Shown here one piece after another: positions 46,544 to 55,324 of a DNA stretch of 64,000 bases. Position numbers and translations under genes: made by a program. Under the pieces are notes generated by a model, which was not told where the DNA came from, did no database searches, and saw only the letters and a program-made list of their open reading frames with translations. The stretch is from a virus, in the IMG/VR virus record IMGVR_UViG_3300005805_000045, positions 64,001-128,000 of that record. The stretch is one strand, 5' to 3'. Position 1 is the first letter of the stretch, and each line of letters begins with the position of its first letter.

Positions 46544-47395
46544 TTAAAATTCATCAGCCACTTCCACAAGTGCTTTGAGCTTATTCTGTATGAAATAATT
46601 TAGCATGTTGGATTTTGTGCTTGGTTTGGTTGTCTCGAAGGCTTCGACGATCTTCTGTTTGATCATATCTGGTACATAGTCTAGATCGACAAGCATTTGG
46701 TTCCGCTTGTAGCCTCGTTGCATAACTTCAGTGGTACAGAACGTCTCTGGGCTACTGTTGATCCATTCTGTAAGTTTCTTCTTATTTATTACTTTTTGAC
46801 GTTCTCCAGCGACGAATGTGTTGTCAGGTGAAAGAAAATTTGGAATGCCGTCACCACGATCACCCTTGATGATATGTTCCTTCACGAACATGTGAGGATC
46901 TTCGGTACGAATGAATCGCTTGAGGATCGGGCTGTATTGCGTGACGTTCTTGTACTTCTGAAGTTGAACGAAGTCCTTGTCTGACGACAGGATCAACACA
47001 TCTTCGCTGACTGAATATCGAGCAGCCAACACCGCAATAATGTCATCAGCCTCAGCACCCTCGACCTCGAGAACACGGTATGGGAAATATACTTTGAGTT
47101 CATCACGAATCTTATTGAGGCATTCGAAGATCAAGTTCCAATCAAACTCCGAAGCATCACGACTCTTGCGTCGATTGGACTTATAGAAGGGAAATACGTC
47201 ACGTCGCCAATACTTCTTAGAGTCGCAGCAAATGACGACGTTGCCATACTTTGATTTGAATTGACGAATGTAAGATCGAAGACTGTTGAGAACGATATGC
47301 CGAACGAGGTCTTCCTCGATCTTGGCTTTGGGATCACTGTTGATGTGCATCATTAGATTGGAAATGAGTACTTGATTTAGGTCCACTAAGATCAT
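46544..47395 (-). CDS. rnh: T4-type RNase H (5'-3' exonuclease)
   Basis: MILVDLNQ, YWRR..FP.YK, EADDII, SSDKDF.QL, GDRGDGIPN. Confidence 0.95.
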   Translation of the reverse strand: MILVDLNQVLISNLMMHINSDPKAKIEEDLVRHIVLNSLRSYIRQFKSKYGNVVICCDSKKYWRRDVFPFYKSNRRKSRDASEFDWNLIFECLNKIRDELKVYFPYRVLEVEGAEADDIIAVLAARYSVSEDVLILSSDKDFVQLQKYKNVTQYSPILKRFIRTEDPHMFVKEHIIKGDRGDGIPNFLSPDNTFVAGERQKVINKKKLTEWINSSPETFCTTEVMQRGYKRNQMLVDLDYVPDMIKQKIVEAFETTKPSTKSNMLNYFIQNKLKALVEVADEF

Positions 47396-47445
47396 TGTTT
47401 TGTTCGCTTTCCTATACATGTTTATGAATTATATAGCATTACATG

Positions 47446-47790
47446 TTAGATGTCAAGCGTATCCTCTGTTGTTTCTTTGAGAATCATTTCCACTGTCTTT
47501 ACATAGTCGTCAAGGAATGGATGCATCTCATGATGGATTTTTAGTGATCGATAAACAGCCGCAGATAGGACTGTAAGAGCAAAGTGTAAATCTCGTTTTA
47601 CAGCATCCTGTTCTCTTTCCAGACCATAGTTGTCAATCTCACTTATGATCAAATTGGTAAGTTCATCTACCGTGGTGTCGGCATAGTTCCTTACACTCTT
47701 TTCTTGTGCTTTCTTTAGGTCTTCAACATCGTTTATTGCTTCTCGGACGATCTTGTCTTTAGGAAAAAGTAGTATGTTGTTGGTTGTCAT
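47446..47790 (-). CDS. Hypothetical protein
   Basis: NNILLFP N-terminus; operon position. Confidence 0.65.
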   Translation of the reverse strand: MTTNNILLFPKDKIVREAINDVEDLKKAQEKSVRNYADTTVDELTNLIISEIDNYGLEREQDAVKRDLHFALTVLSAAVYRSLKIHHEMHPFLDDYVKTVEMILKETTEDTLDI

Positions 47791-48878
47791 TTGATAGCCC
47801 TTAGGAGTACCACTTCATTATTTATGCGTCCCTTTGCTGCTACGTCACGGGTCTTGATTGTTTTCATAAGATTTCGAAGTGTTACTTTACCACCATCGAC
47901 TACTTGTGGTAGAATTTGATCTGGTTTACGCAACTTCTTTGTGATAGAGGTCTTCTCGTCGAAGCCCAGGACTGTAGATCCTTTGACTGACAGACCAGCA
48001 TGGCTCATGGCATTTAGCACCGTGAGTGCCCGAGTTTTCGTATTGAACACCCATAGTTGTTGGGCACCAATAATCTCTGTAGCCTTGATACTGGCAATCT
48101 TGAATGCTTCGTCATTGGTCTTGAACTTGAGTTTTGACACAAGCACACCAGCAGGCTTCTCTTTCCTCTTGCGTGGCTTGCGAGACTTCTTGATTTGTGT
48201 CTGGACAATCACCGCCTGCGTGTCAGCAGCCGAGATGATAGCCTTGACAAATTCCATATACTTCTTGATTTGAGATTTCTTGAGATGTGAGTAAGCATCA
48301 CGGAGCTCCTTATCGGTACCCTTGTATGCGTCAAACAACTCCGAATAGAGTGGATTGTAATATTCAACAATCTTCTTGGCAATCTGAGGCTTCACAGCCT
48401 GCTTTTGCATCCACTCGACAATATCGAAATCATTCTTGCCGTTGTTGATAAAGATGTCAACCTGGTCTTCGAGGAGAGCAATCAAGTTACCAGCACGGGC
48501 GTTGATACGATCTTGGATAGAAATGACTTGTCGAGTTTCAACAACCACTTCCTCTTCTTGTTCTTTAGGAGTCAAGGCCTCGAGCTTGAACCACATAGAC
48601 TTCTCAAGCCCGACTGGCAAAGAACCACCGTTAGTAAGAATACGGCAGTTCCAGCCAATCGTGCGGAGCTTGTGAGCATCGACCTTTGCTAGTCGCTTCG
48701 CAAGCTCCTTCTTCTTTACGGACTTGAGATATGATAACACAAAGCCTTTCGCATCATCCGAATCATGATAATAGTTGAACCAATTCCAAGCACGAATGAC
48801 CTCACCATCAGTGGAGTTCACCGACAGAGTTGGTTCATCACCATGAAACTGATTGTCAATGCTAAGGCGCTTAGTCAC
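47787..48878 (-). CDS. Conserved T4-like hypothetical protein
   Basis: AWNWFNY, IIGA..LWVFNTKTR, KKLRKP, GRIN..VVLL. Confidence 0.75.
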   Translation of the reverse strand: MTKRLSIDNQFHGDEPTLSVNSTDGEVIRAWNWFNYYHDSDDAKGFVLSYLKSVKKKELAKRLAKVDAHKLRTIGWNCRILTNGGSLPVGLEKSMWFKLEALTPKEQEEEVVVETRQVISIQDRINARAGNLIALLEDQVDIFINNGKNDFDIVEWMQKQAVKPQIAKKIVEYYNPLYSELFDAYKGTDKELRDAYSHLKKSQIKKYMEFVKAIISAADTQAVIVQTQIKKSRKPRKRKEKPAGVLVSKLKFKTNDEAFKIASIKATEIIGAQQLWVFNTKTRALTVLNAMSHAGLSVKGSTVLGFDEKTSITKKLRKPDQILPQVVDGGKVTLRNLMKTIKTRDVAAKGRINNEVVLLRAIK

Positions 48879-49113
48879 CGTCTTGCTCCTTCAGTTCAGC
48901 AATCTTCTCTTGGAGAGTTTTCTCTTTCCAGTGCTTACGAGGATTGCCGCACATATGGCATGAACATCTCTGCCTGTTTTCGGCTCGACGACATACCTGT
49001 TCGGCAAACTTTTCTGGATCAGTTTCTCGATAATAGTCTAGATCACGGAACTCCTCAGTTCGCTTTTTCATCCGATTGTGATGGTGTCTGCGTTCTGCCC
49101 GAGTTCTTGCCAT
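48871..49113 (-). CDS. Small basic protein (CSCxMCGNPR)
   Basis: RAERRHH..CSCHMCGNPRK motif. Confidence 0.7.
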   Translation of the reverse strand: MARTRAERRHHHNRMKKRTEEFRDLDYYRETDPEKFAEQVCRRAENRQRCSCHMCGNPRKHWKEKTLQEKIAELKEQDGD

Positions 49114-49205
49114 TAGTGCTTCCGATTTAGCCGACGATTCCGACGCTTCTTTGAACCAACTTTACGTCGTCCAGTACGTGGACGATTTTTGTGTGGATGA
49201 GGCAT
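49113..49205 (-). CDS. 30-aa Arg/Lys-rich peptide (MPHPHKNRPRTGRRKVGSKKRRNRRLNRKH)
   Basis: AAGGA RBS; TAATG coupling to the next gene. Confidence 0.65.
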   Translation of the reverse strand: MPHPHKNRPRTGRRKVGSKKRRNRRLNRKH

Positions 49206-49220
49206 AATAAGTTCCTTTTA

Positions 49221-49499
49221 TTATTGAACAACGCTATCATAACGAACAGACTTCACCTTGTCAAGTCTAAACGACCGCCAACCATTATTATCTAGATCCC
49301 ATACGGAGATGGTATCAGGATTTTCCTTGCGAGTAGATTCCTTTTTTTCGACGACAGGCAAATGTTGCGAGGCTAGTGTGCATCGCATGGTACGCATCGA
49401 TCCATCCTTCTTTTCGGAAAACACAGTCATCACCCATTCACGCAAATCGGACTTGAGTGTATCACGATCATAACCAACAGCCGCATCATTCATCATCAT
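49221..49499 (-). CDS. SH3/WYL-like domain protein (DUF2693-type)
   Basis: F..KDGS.R.M.CTL..VWDLD..GWRSFR. Confidence 0.8.
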   Translation of the reverse strand: MMMNDAAVGYDRDTLKSDLREWVMTVFSEKKDGSMRTMRCTLASQHLPVVEKKESTRKENPDTISVWDLDNNGWRSFRLDKVKSVRYDSVVQ

Positions 49500-49746
49500 A
49501 CTCCTTCATGATTTCAGGGAACAGTTCACGCATACGTGGTGACTTAAACATCATGTCACCAACATAACTCTGTAGAAGATAAGTCAAAATTAAAGATAGA
49601 GTAGGAATATAACTCAATTTAGTTCCTAAAAAGAATATTGAGAACGAACTTACAAAGATCGACATATAGATGGCAAAGAAACAGATTTCTAGACAGAAAC
49701 TAAGAATAGCCACTTTGGCTCGATCTATTCGAATATCGTCACTCAC
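49486..49746 (-). CDS. Small membrane protein
   Basis: Two hydrophobic segments. Confidence 0.55.
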   Translation of the reverse strand: MSDDIRIDRAKVAILSFCLEICFFAIYMSIFVSSFSIFFLGTKLSYIPTLSLILTYLLQSYVGDMMFKSPRMRELFPEIMKEYDDE

Positions 49747-50032
49747 CGCCTTTAGCCTTTCTCAATTGCTGCTTCAGAGCATCAATCTGCGAGATCAAAC
49801 TTATATAGTCACGCAAGTCCTCATAGCCACCAATGTGCTCGCCATCAATAAAGATTTGTGGCAATGTCAATCGATCTGGCTTTCCTGGTATTTTCTCACG
49901 CAACTCTTCACGAGTAAAGTCCGTTTTGAACTTGAGTTCTGTATATGTGATGCTATTGGATTGAAGGAGTTCTTTAGCCTTGTCACACCATGGACAAGTG
50001 TCTTTGCTGTATAGAATAACCGTTTCACTCAT
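49739..50032 (-). CDS. Glutaredoxin
   Basis: CPWC, TLPQIF, IGGY; TATAAATA at 50054-50061. Confidence 0.93.
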   Translation of the reverse strand: MSETVILYSKDTCPWCDKAKELLQSNSITYTELKFKTDFTREELREKIPGKPDRLTLPQIFIDGEHIGGYEDLRDYISLISQIDALKQQLRKAKGGE

Positions 50033-50056
50033 ATGTGTCTCCACAATAATCCCTAT

Positions 50057-50437
50057 TTATACTTTTCGACCCAGTGACGAGGGTTCATCGGCATCGGTTA
50101 CATACATGACTGGACCCTTGTTGTATGCTGGAGCCACCCGAGACTTTTTGCGTTCAGCCTCGACGATTGCTTCCTGACTTTCAACGCGGTCTTTGCGCCA
50201 CTTGTAATCGTCCATTGACCGCTTGAAGCCATTCGAAGGAATAGCATTGGAGAGTGTAGCACCTTTACGGTCTACAGTCAAGTCTGGAAAACTAACAGGG
50301 CTGACCCTCTTCTTGGCAACAGAAGAAATGCCCATCGATGCCAGAAATTTTTGATGTTCCGCCTTTGCTTGCAGGAACTTTCTGGATCGATTGGGCTTAG
50401 GCTTGCCAGATGATTGACGAACATGGAAAATTGCCAT
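50057..50437 (-). CDS. Conserved phage protein (APAYNKGP motif)
   Basis: VAPAYNKGPVMYV..SLGRK. Confidence 0.7.
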   Translation of the reverse strand: MAIFHVRQSSGKPKPNRSRKFLQAKAEHQKFLASMGISSVAKKRVSPVSFPDLTVDRKGATLSNAIPSNGFKRSMDDYKWRKDRVESQEAIVEAERKKSRVAPAYNKGPVMYVTDADEPSSLGRKV

Positions 50438-50439
50438 GA

Positions 50440-50676
50440 TTACACCATATCAGCATAGTCGTTGTTGTCGAAGGGGACGATGGTTTCCCAGATTTGCTCG
50501 GCTTCGTCCCAACGATAGTGACTCAGGTACCAAGAAGCGAGTTCAGCCACAGTATAGTTATACATGTGGCGAGGACGTACATTATACTGGTCCTTGTATG
50601 CATCCCACACGATCTGGAAAAGATCATCACGGGACATGTGGACGAGGATGTCAGCAACTTGATCTGTGGTCTTCAT
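50440..50676 (-). CDS. Hypothetical early protein (DAYKD...RPR)
   Basis: GGAG RBS. Confidence 0.65.
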   Translation of the reverse strand: MKTTDQVADILVHMSRDDLFQIVWDAYKDQYNVRPRHMYNYTVAELASWYLSHYRWDEAEQIWETIVPFDNNDYADMV

Positions 50677-50688
50677 GTTTATCTCCAA

Positions 50689-50859
50689 TTAGACTTGATG
50701 CCAGTCGAGCGCAACACCTTGAGCATAACCTACCATGTCACCATCAAGGAATACTGAAAACTCAAATCCTTTGGATCGACCGTAGTCGATGGCTTCGTCG
50801 AGAGTGTCAAACACAACATCGGACAGATATCGGAAGTTGGTCCAATAGAGTTCATACAT
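50689..50859 (-). CDS. Hypothetical early protein
   Basis: GGAG RBS before MYELYW. Confidence 0.6.
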   Translation of the reverse strand: MYELYWTNFRYLSDVVFDTLDEAIDYGRSKGFEFSVFLDGDMVGYAQGVALDWHQV

Positions 50860-50872
50860 GATATATCTCCGA

Positions 50873-50974
50873 TTAAGAGCGATCACGCCAGTCGGTAATA
50901 AGCATAGCCACAGCCACGAACACACCGATTGCCATAACGAGAAGGAAGATACTTGCGAGGATCTGTTCTAGCAT
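50873..50974 (-). CDS. 33-aa single-TM peptide
   Basis: MLEQILASIFLLVMAIGVFVAVAMLITDWRDRS; TAATG coupling. Confidence 0.5.
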   Translation of the reverse strand: MLEQILASIFLLVMAIGVFVAVAMLITDWRDRS

Positions 50975-51141
50975 TACCAGTCCACCTTGTAGCCATCTGC
51001 TTCAGGGAAAAGTCTGCGCCAATAGAATGCTTCATCCATCATCGCAGATCCACTCATGCGAGTATACTCTACGGTCTTGACGGTCTTGCCGTCTTTGGTG
51101 ATAGTCAAAGTATAGGTACCGTGTTGAAGGAGTTTGGACAT
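50974..51141 (-). CDS. 55-aa hypothetical early protein
   Basis: First ORF after an early promoter; AAGGA RBS. Confidence 0.6.
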   Translation of the reverse strand: MSKLLQHGTYTLTITKDGKTVKTVEYTRMSGSAMMDEAFYWRRLFPEADGYKVDW

Positions 51142-51167
51142 CTCATTTCCTTTCTTTATGACACCAC

Positions 51168-51230
51168 ATTATAGCATGACATGAGCGATCGCAACACCTA
51201 TTTTTGCATGGCAGGTATGCATCCATGCAT
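51168..51230 (-). promoter_or_regulatory. Early promoter with GCAT/ATGC operator
   Basis: TTGCGA-N15-TATAAT; ATGC-N6-GCAT-N7-ATGCAAA. Confidence 0.75.
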
Positions 51231-51233
51231 AGT

Positions 51234-51632
51234 TCATTTGAGATGAGTGCGTCGTATCTTGCAGGACACCCAGTAATTGTAGTATTGTTCAGAGAGGAGA
51301 CAGTCTCGGGTAAGTATTTCTTTGGTTTCGTGATACGTACACCAACCCTTTGACTTGCAGAGATGAAGTATTTCTTTGGTAATACTGTGACCAGCCAGTA
51401 TATCTGCGTTGAGTTGTTCGTTGGAACCAGTATAAGTTATCCAGTCCGAAGCAACACGCATTTTCTTTTTCTTCTTGTTTTTCTGATAAGATTTTGATTT
51501 GGTAAAGAGTTTCTTACCAACATAAGATTTGCCAGAAGTATGATTGCTGATAAGATAGACAAATCCAACATTATCAGCAATCATTTCTTCAGTAAATGGC
51601 TTTCCTTGATATAACCACATAATATACTCCAT
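51234..51632 (-). CDS. GIY-YIG-like (Seg-like) protein
   Basis: GFVYLI.N...GK.YVGKK, SDW..Y.GS, YYN. Confidence 0.75.
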   Translation of the reverse strand: MEYIMWLYQGKPFTEEMIADNVGFVYLISNHTSGKSYVGKKLFTKSKSYQKNKKKKKMRVASDWITYTGSNEQLNADILAGHSITKEILHLCKSKGWCTYHETKEILTRDCLLSEQYYNYWVSCKIRRTHLK

Positions 51633-51649
51633 AATGAATATGGAGATAC

Positions 51650-52183
51650 TTATACTCCGAATTTATGAATCTTGAATTTCTTATCACCTTCTTCTACTGT
51701 TTTAGCACCAAGATGTTTCAAATTTTGATTTCTAGCAATCAAAACTTCATTTTCGTGGCCACCAAGATGAACGGCTAAAGAGTTTTCTGGCAACTCAATA
51801 TGTGCGATATGATGATAACCGTCTTCAGATTTTACAGAATAACCTTTAGCAGAATCTTTGTGTGGTGAAGAAGAAATATATGTAGGAGTTCTACCATTCT
51901 CAATAAGAGATTTGTGCGCATTTCTGCCTAGAGCAGAATACACATTTAGTTTTTTTGGTATTTTATTATTCTCAATAAACCTGTCAATGTGTTCTACATC
52001 TGAATGATTTTTTCCAGATAATAGAGCATCATTGACAGGCTTGCTATTTTTAATATATCTTTTGATTTCTTTCGTATGCTTCGGTGCACCCAGTTGAACA
52101 TCAAGTGATTTGCGTCTTTCCAAATGTTTATTGTCATCGGCAGCAAACCAATTTTCGTACAAAAAAGCCTTGAACCCAAGCAT
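51650..52183 (-). CDS. Alt/Mod-like ADP-ribosyltransferase with capsid-targeting-like leader
   Basis: Y...S..VN..L, VYS, YISSS, ENEVL (ExE); N-terminus MLGFKAFLYE; AATAAATA late promoter at about 52209-52216. Confidence 0.7.
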   Translation of the reverse strand: MLGFKAFLYENWFAADDNKHLERRKSLDVQLGAPKHTKEIKRYIKNSKPVNDALLSGKNHSDVEHIDRFIENNKIPKKLNVYSALGRNAHKSLIENGRTPTYISSSPHKDSAKGYSVKSEDGYHHIAHIELPENSLAVHLGGHENEVLIARNQNLKHLGAKTVEEGDKKFKIHKFGV

Positions 52184-52211
52184 CGAAATAATCCTTTAGT
52201 TTTGAAAGTAT

Positions 52212-52370
52212 TTATTCTTCCAAATCTTCCTCAACATATTCTTCTGTATTCACTTCCGCAGAGCAGAAAGGACAAAATTTCACGAATCCAGAAGTTTCAC
52301 TCAGATCATAAACGATTCTATATGTAGATTCACATTCGTGGCAAATTTTATTTTCAACTTCTTTTGACAT
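52212..52370 (-). CDS. 52-aa zinc-ribbon protein (CHEC..CPFC)
   Basis: Small gene typically found downstream of nrd genes in T4-like phages. Confidence 0.7.
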   Translation of the reverse strand: MSKEVENKICHECESTYRIVYDLSETSGFVKFCPFCSAEVNTEEYVEEDLEE

Positions 52371-52388
52371 TATTGGTTATTCCTGATG

Positions 52389-52460
52389 CTAAATAGGTGT
52401 GGTTCACGATGTTACCAGCATCCAACCACTCTAATACCTGAAACGGAGGTAATCAGCATT
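52389..52460 (+). promoter_or_regulatory. Late promoter and structured leader of the endonuclease gene
   Basis: CTAAATA; stems GTGGTT/AACCAC and GATGTT/AGCATC; TACCT/AGGTA overlapping GGAGG. Confidence 0.6.
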
Positions 52461-53054
52461 ATGACTATATATAGAAAGTCTCAGCCTTTACGAAAAGGTC
52501 AACGAGACGGCAAAATTCCTCTTCCAAACAAAATTGAATTTCTTGACTTGTATGAGATTCAAAATAAATCAAGAAAAGACCTTTCTTTGCATTATGGTGT
52601 TCATAAAGGAACCATAGACAACTGGTGTAAAATATTTGGTGCTCAAAAAACAAAACAACAACAAATTGAGATAGCCCTAAAAAATACAAAATTTCACACT
52701 AACAGAACTGGTCAATATTCAGAAAATACATTTATAAAATTTCCAGAACTGAAGCATAAAGATGGAATATTCTATGTCGTTCGTATGTTTAGTGAAACAG
52801 AGTCTTTTTTCAAAATAGGTATCACAACTTCAAGCACTAAGTTACGATACAGAGGTAGATTAAGACATTATAGTTATGAAATTTTACATGAGCAAAAGAT
52901 GAACTTGTATGATGCTTACACACTTGAACAGCAATATAAGCAATCACACAAGTCTCATCGTTATATTCCTCAAATCAAGTTTGGAGGACACACAGAATGT
53001 TATATCTCACAGCCACCTGCTGAACAACTCAACATTTGTACACCTTCGGTGTGA
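52461..53054 (+). mobile_element. Free-standing homing endonuclease-like gene (HTH plus GIY-YIG-like domain)
   Basis: Sole plus-strand gene in a minus-strand block; GIFYVV..FFKIGIT..FGGHTEC; AT-rich; overlaps the nrdJ 3' end. Confidence 0.7.
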
Positions 53055-54925
53055 TCTTCGCTCTCATATTCAGAAAGTCTAGACCAATCCACATCTTTGG
53101 GCATTTTTTCAAGAAAAGCATTATACTCTTCTTCAGTGCAATCTTGAAAAGGTGCCTGCTTGTAAATATGGTCACTGAATGGCAAAAACGATACACCACT
53201 TATTTCATCATAGTTTTTCCAAACCCAAGCACCAACTTCTGGCCATTCGTGCTCTTTCACTGATACTGTGATCGAAGGTTTGTGTTCCGTCCAATGTCTC
53301 TGATATGTTAGCCATAGTTCAAGTTGCTCAATAGCGGTCATATCTTTTCTAAAGACTGAGTTGCTTGGTGATTTCATTGGGAATGAAAACACGTAAGTAT
53401 GGTCAGGCTTCGTTACATCATCCTCAACTGGAAAACCCATATCAACCATAAGTTTTGCAAGTGGGTCTTTCTTATCTGCTCTTACAGTTCTGATATAGAA
53501 TGGAGCGTGTCTTGCGTGAATGCCCGATGCTGTATCTGTAAGAGAAGAAACTGTACCAGATGGCTTGACGCAAGTAACAGCAGCAGAAACAGGAATGCCA
53601 ATCATAGCAGCCCATTCAGCATTGGTCTTTTGTGCGACTTCACGAAGTGTCATTAGGTATGACTCAAGTTGACCACTTGCTTTGCCGTTTGTGTATGCGC
53701 AGTCAAGAATGCCAGTCATAGACACGCCAAGCAAACGCTCTTCCTCACAGTTCTCTTTCCACTTCTTTGATAGATACTTGAAGTTAGTGAGAGTTGACTG
53801 CATTGTGCCAAGAATTGTGGCTAGTTTGACCTTGCGTGCTAGATCATGGATGTCGTCTTCAGCACGAACAATCACTTCAGTAAGATTACAGAATTGCCGT
53901 GAACGGAGAATGATTTCAGAACATGGATTGGTACCAAACTCATGATTAGGATCACGACGACCAAACTTCTCGGCTTGTGCTTGTGATGCTGTACGAGAGA
54001 AGATACCACGCTCGCCTGACTTTGACTCATAGAGTGATAGCCACTCACGCATGAATACACCAACGTCGATCTTTTCTTTAGCCACGAAAGAATTGTTGGC
54101 TAGAGCACGTTGAACGTTATCTTCCCACCATGCACCAGACTTTGCTACCCGCATACGGTCATCGGAAAGATCAGACAAAGAAATAAGAGCAGATCGACGA
54201 ACACCGCCAACGACAACGATTTCAGCAATCTTACAAACGATGTCATGGCATTCAAGTGTGGTTAGACGACGACCAGCAGCCTTCTTGAAGATATTAGTAC
54301 AGAAATGAAACAGCGAAACAAGTGGATCAGGACCAGATGCACGACCACCAAAGGTCTTGAGAACAGCACCAGCAGGCCGTACTTTAGATACGTCCCACTT
54401 TGGAACTTGACCAGCATAGAGCAATTGAAGAAGTTCTTTGAGAGCCTTAGCCCAACCGAGCTTTGAATCTGCTACCATGATAACAGTATCAGTCTCATGG
54501 AGTTCTTCAGCCACAACAGGAAGTTGATCGACATACTTCTGCTCGACAGAGAATCCAACACCTGTACCATTCATGAGGATGTAAAGGATCTCATCAAATG
54601 ACCGAGGATTATCTACAGCCACATAAGAACAATTATAGCCAGCCACATTTTCCTTCTTGAGAGCTTCACCAGCAGTCATCAAGCATCGCATGGATGGCAT
54701 GATCTGCATAGAAAGAACAGCATCCTCAAGTTCCTTACGCATTTCCTTTGTAAGGGTAAACTTGTTGTTGTCCTTCAAGTGCTCTTCGAAGAAATCGAAA
54801 TATCGAGCTACAGTCTCGGGCCAAGTCTCACGACGGTTCTTTTCTGGGAGCCAACGAGAGTACCGAGAGAGATGGATAAATTCTTGATATGAAGTCATCC
54901 CATAATTGTTCTTTTTGTTTAGCAT
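53000..54925 (-). CDS. nrdJ: Class II (B12-dependent) ribonucleotide reductase
   Basis: YNCS, GTGVGFS, GGVRRSALISL, NPCSEI, FCNLTE, CVKPSGT, C-terminal CSAGGCEI. Confidence 0.92.
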   Translation of the reverse strand: MLNKKNNYGMTSYQEFIHLSRYSRWLPEKNRRETWPETVARYFDFFEEHLKDNNKFTLTKEMRKELEDAVLSMQIMPSMRCLMTAGEALKKENVAGYNCSYVAVDNPRSFDEILYILMNGTGVGFSVEQKYVDQLPVVAEELHETDTVIMVADSKLGWAKALKELLQLLYAGQVPKWDVSKVRPAGAVLKTFGGRASGPDPLVSLFHFCTNIFKKAAGRRLTTLECHDIVCKIAEIVVVGGVRRSALISLSDLSDDRMRVAKSGAWWEDNVQRALANNSFVAKEKIDVGVFMREWLSLYESKSGERGIFSRTASQAQAEKFGRRDPNHEFGTNPCSEIILRSRQFCNLTEVIVRAEDDIHDLARKVKLATILGTMQSTLTNFKYLSKKWKENCEEERLLGVSMTGILDCAYTNGKASGQLESYLMTLREVAQKTNAEWAAMIGIPVSAAVTCVKPSGTVSSLTDTASGIHARHAPFYIRTVRADKKDPLAKLMVDMGFPVEDDVTKPDHTYVFSFPMKSPSNSVFRKDMTAIEQLELWLTYQRHWTEHKPSITVSVKEHEWPEVGAWVWKNYDEISGVSFLPFSDHIYKQAPFQDCTEEEYNAFLEKMPKDVDWSRLSEYESEDHTEGVQMLSCSAGGCEI

Positions 54926-54935
54926 TGTTCCTACC

Positions 54936-55100
54936 TTATTCCTGCAATAGTTGTTTCGTTGTTCCTGTGGCCTCGTTGACTGTCTTTGATTTGCGTGGAC
55001 AGTTTGGATTCTGACAGGTTAGTTCTGATGTTGGGGGGCAGATGCACCCTTGTGGTGACCCGCAATTGCCACCACAGCAATCTGGTTTATTACAAGCCAT
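54936..55100 (-). CDS. 54-aa Cys-rich peptide
   Basis: MACNKPDCCGGNCGSPQGCICPP..CQNPNC; AGGAG RBS. Confidence 0.55.
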   Translation of the reverse strand: MACNKPDCCGGNCGSPQGCICPPTSELTCQNPNCPRKSKTVNEATGTTKQLLQE

Positions 55101-55323
55101 TCTTGACTCCTTTTGATTTTTCAACTTCATTATTCAAGCGGTCACATAACGACTGTGCTTCTGATTGTTCTGAAAACATTCTCATGACTATGTGTGAATG
55201 TTTTTCCATGACCATCCATCCACCACTTTTCTTCTGCTTGATAATAAAGCTAGCCGTTTTCTTCTTACTACCACGCATTCTGATCGGCGGGATATATATT
55301 TGATTCACACGTCGTCTTGCCAT
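55090..55323 (-). CDS. Hypothetical basic protein
   Basis: MARRRVNQ...; adjacent to thyX. Confidence 0.55.
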   Translation of the reverse strand: MARRRVNQIYIPPIRMRGSKKKTASFIIKQKKSGGWMVMEKHSHIVMRMFSEQSEAQSLCDRLNNEVEKSKGVKNGL

Positions 55324-55324
55324 G

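Noticed and set aside
53000-54925. Intron or intein in nrdJ
   Set aside because: The ORF is continuous and of normal length, with no splicing motifs
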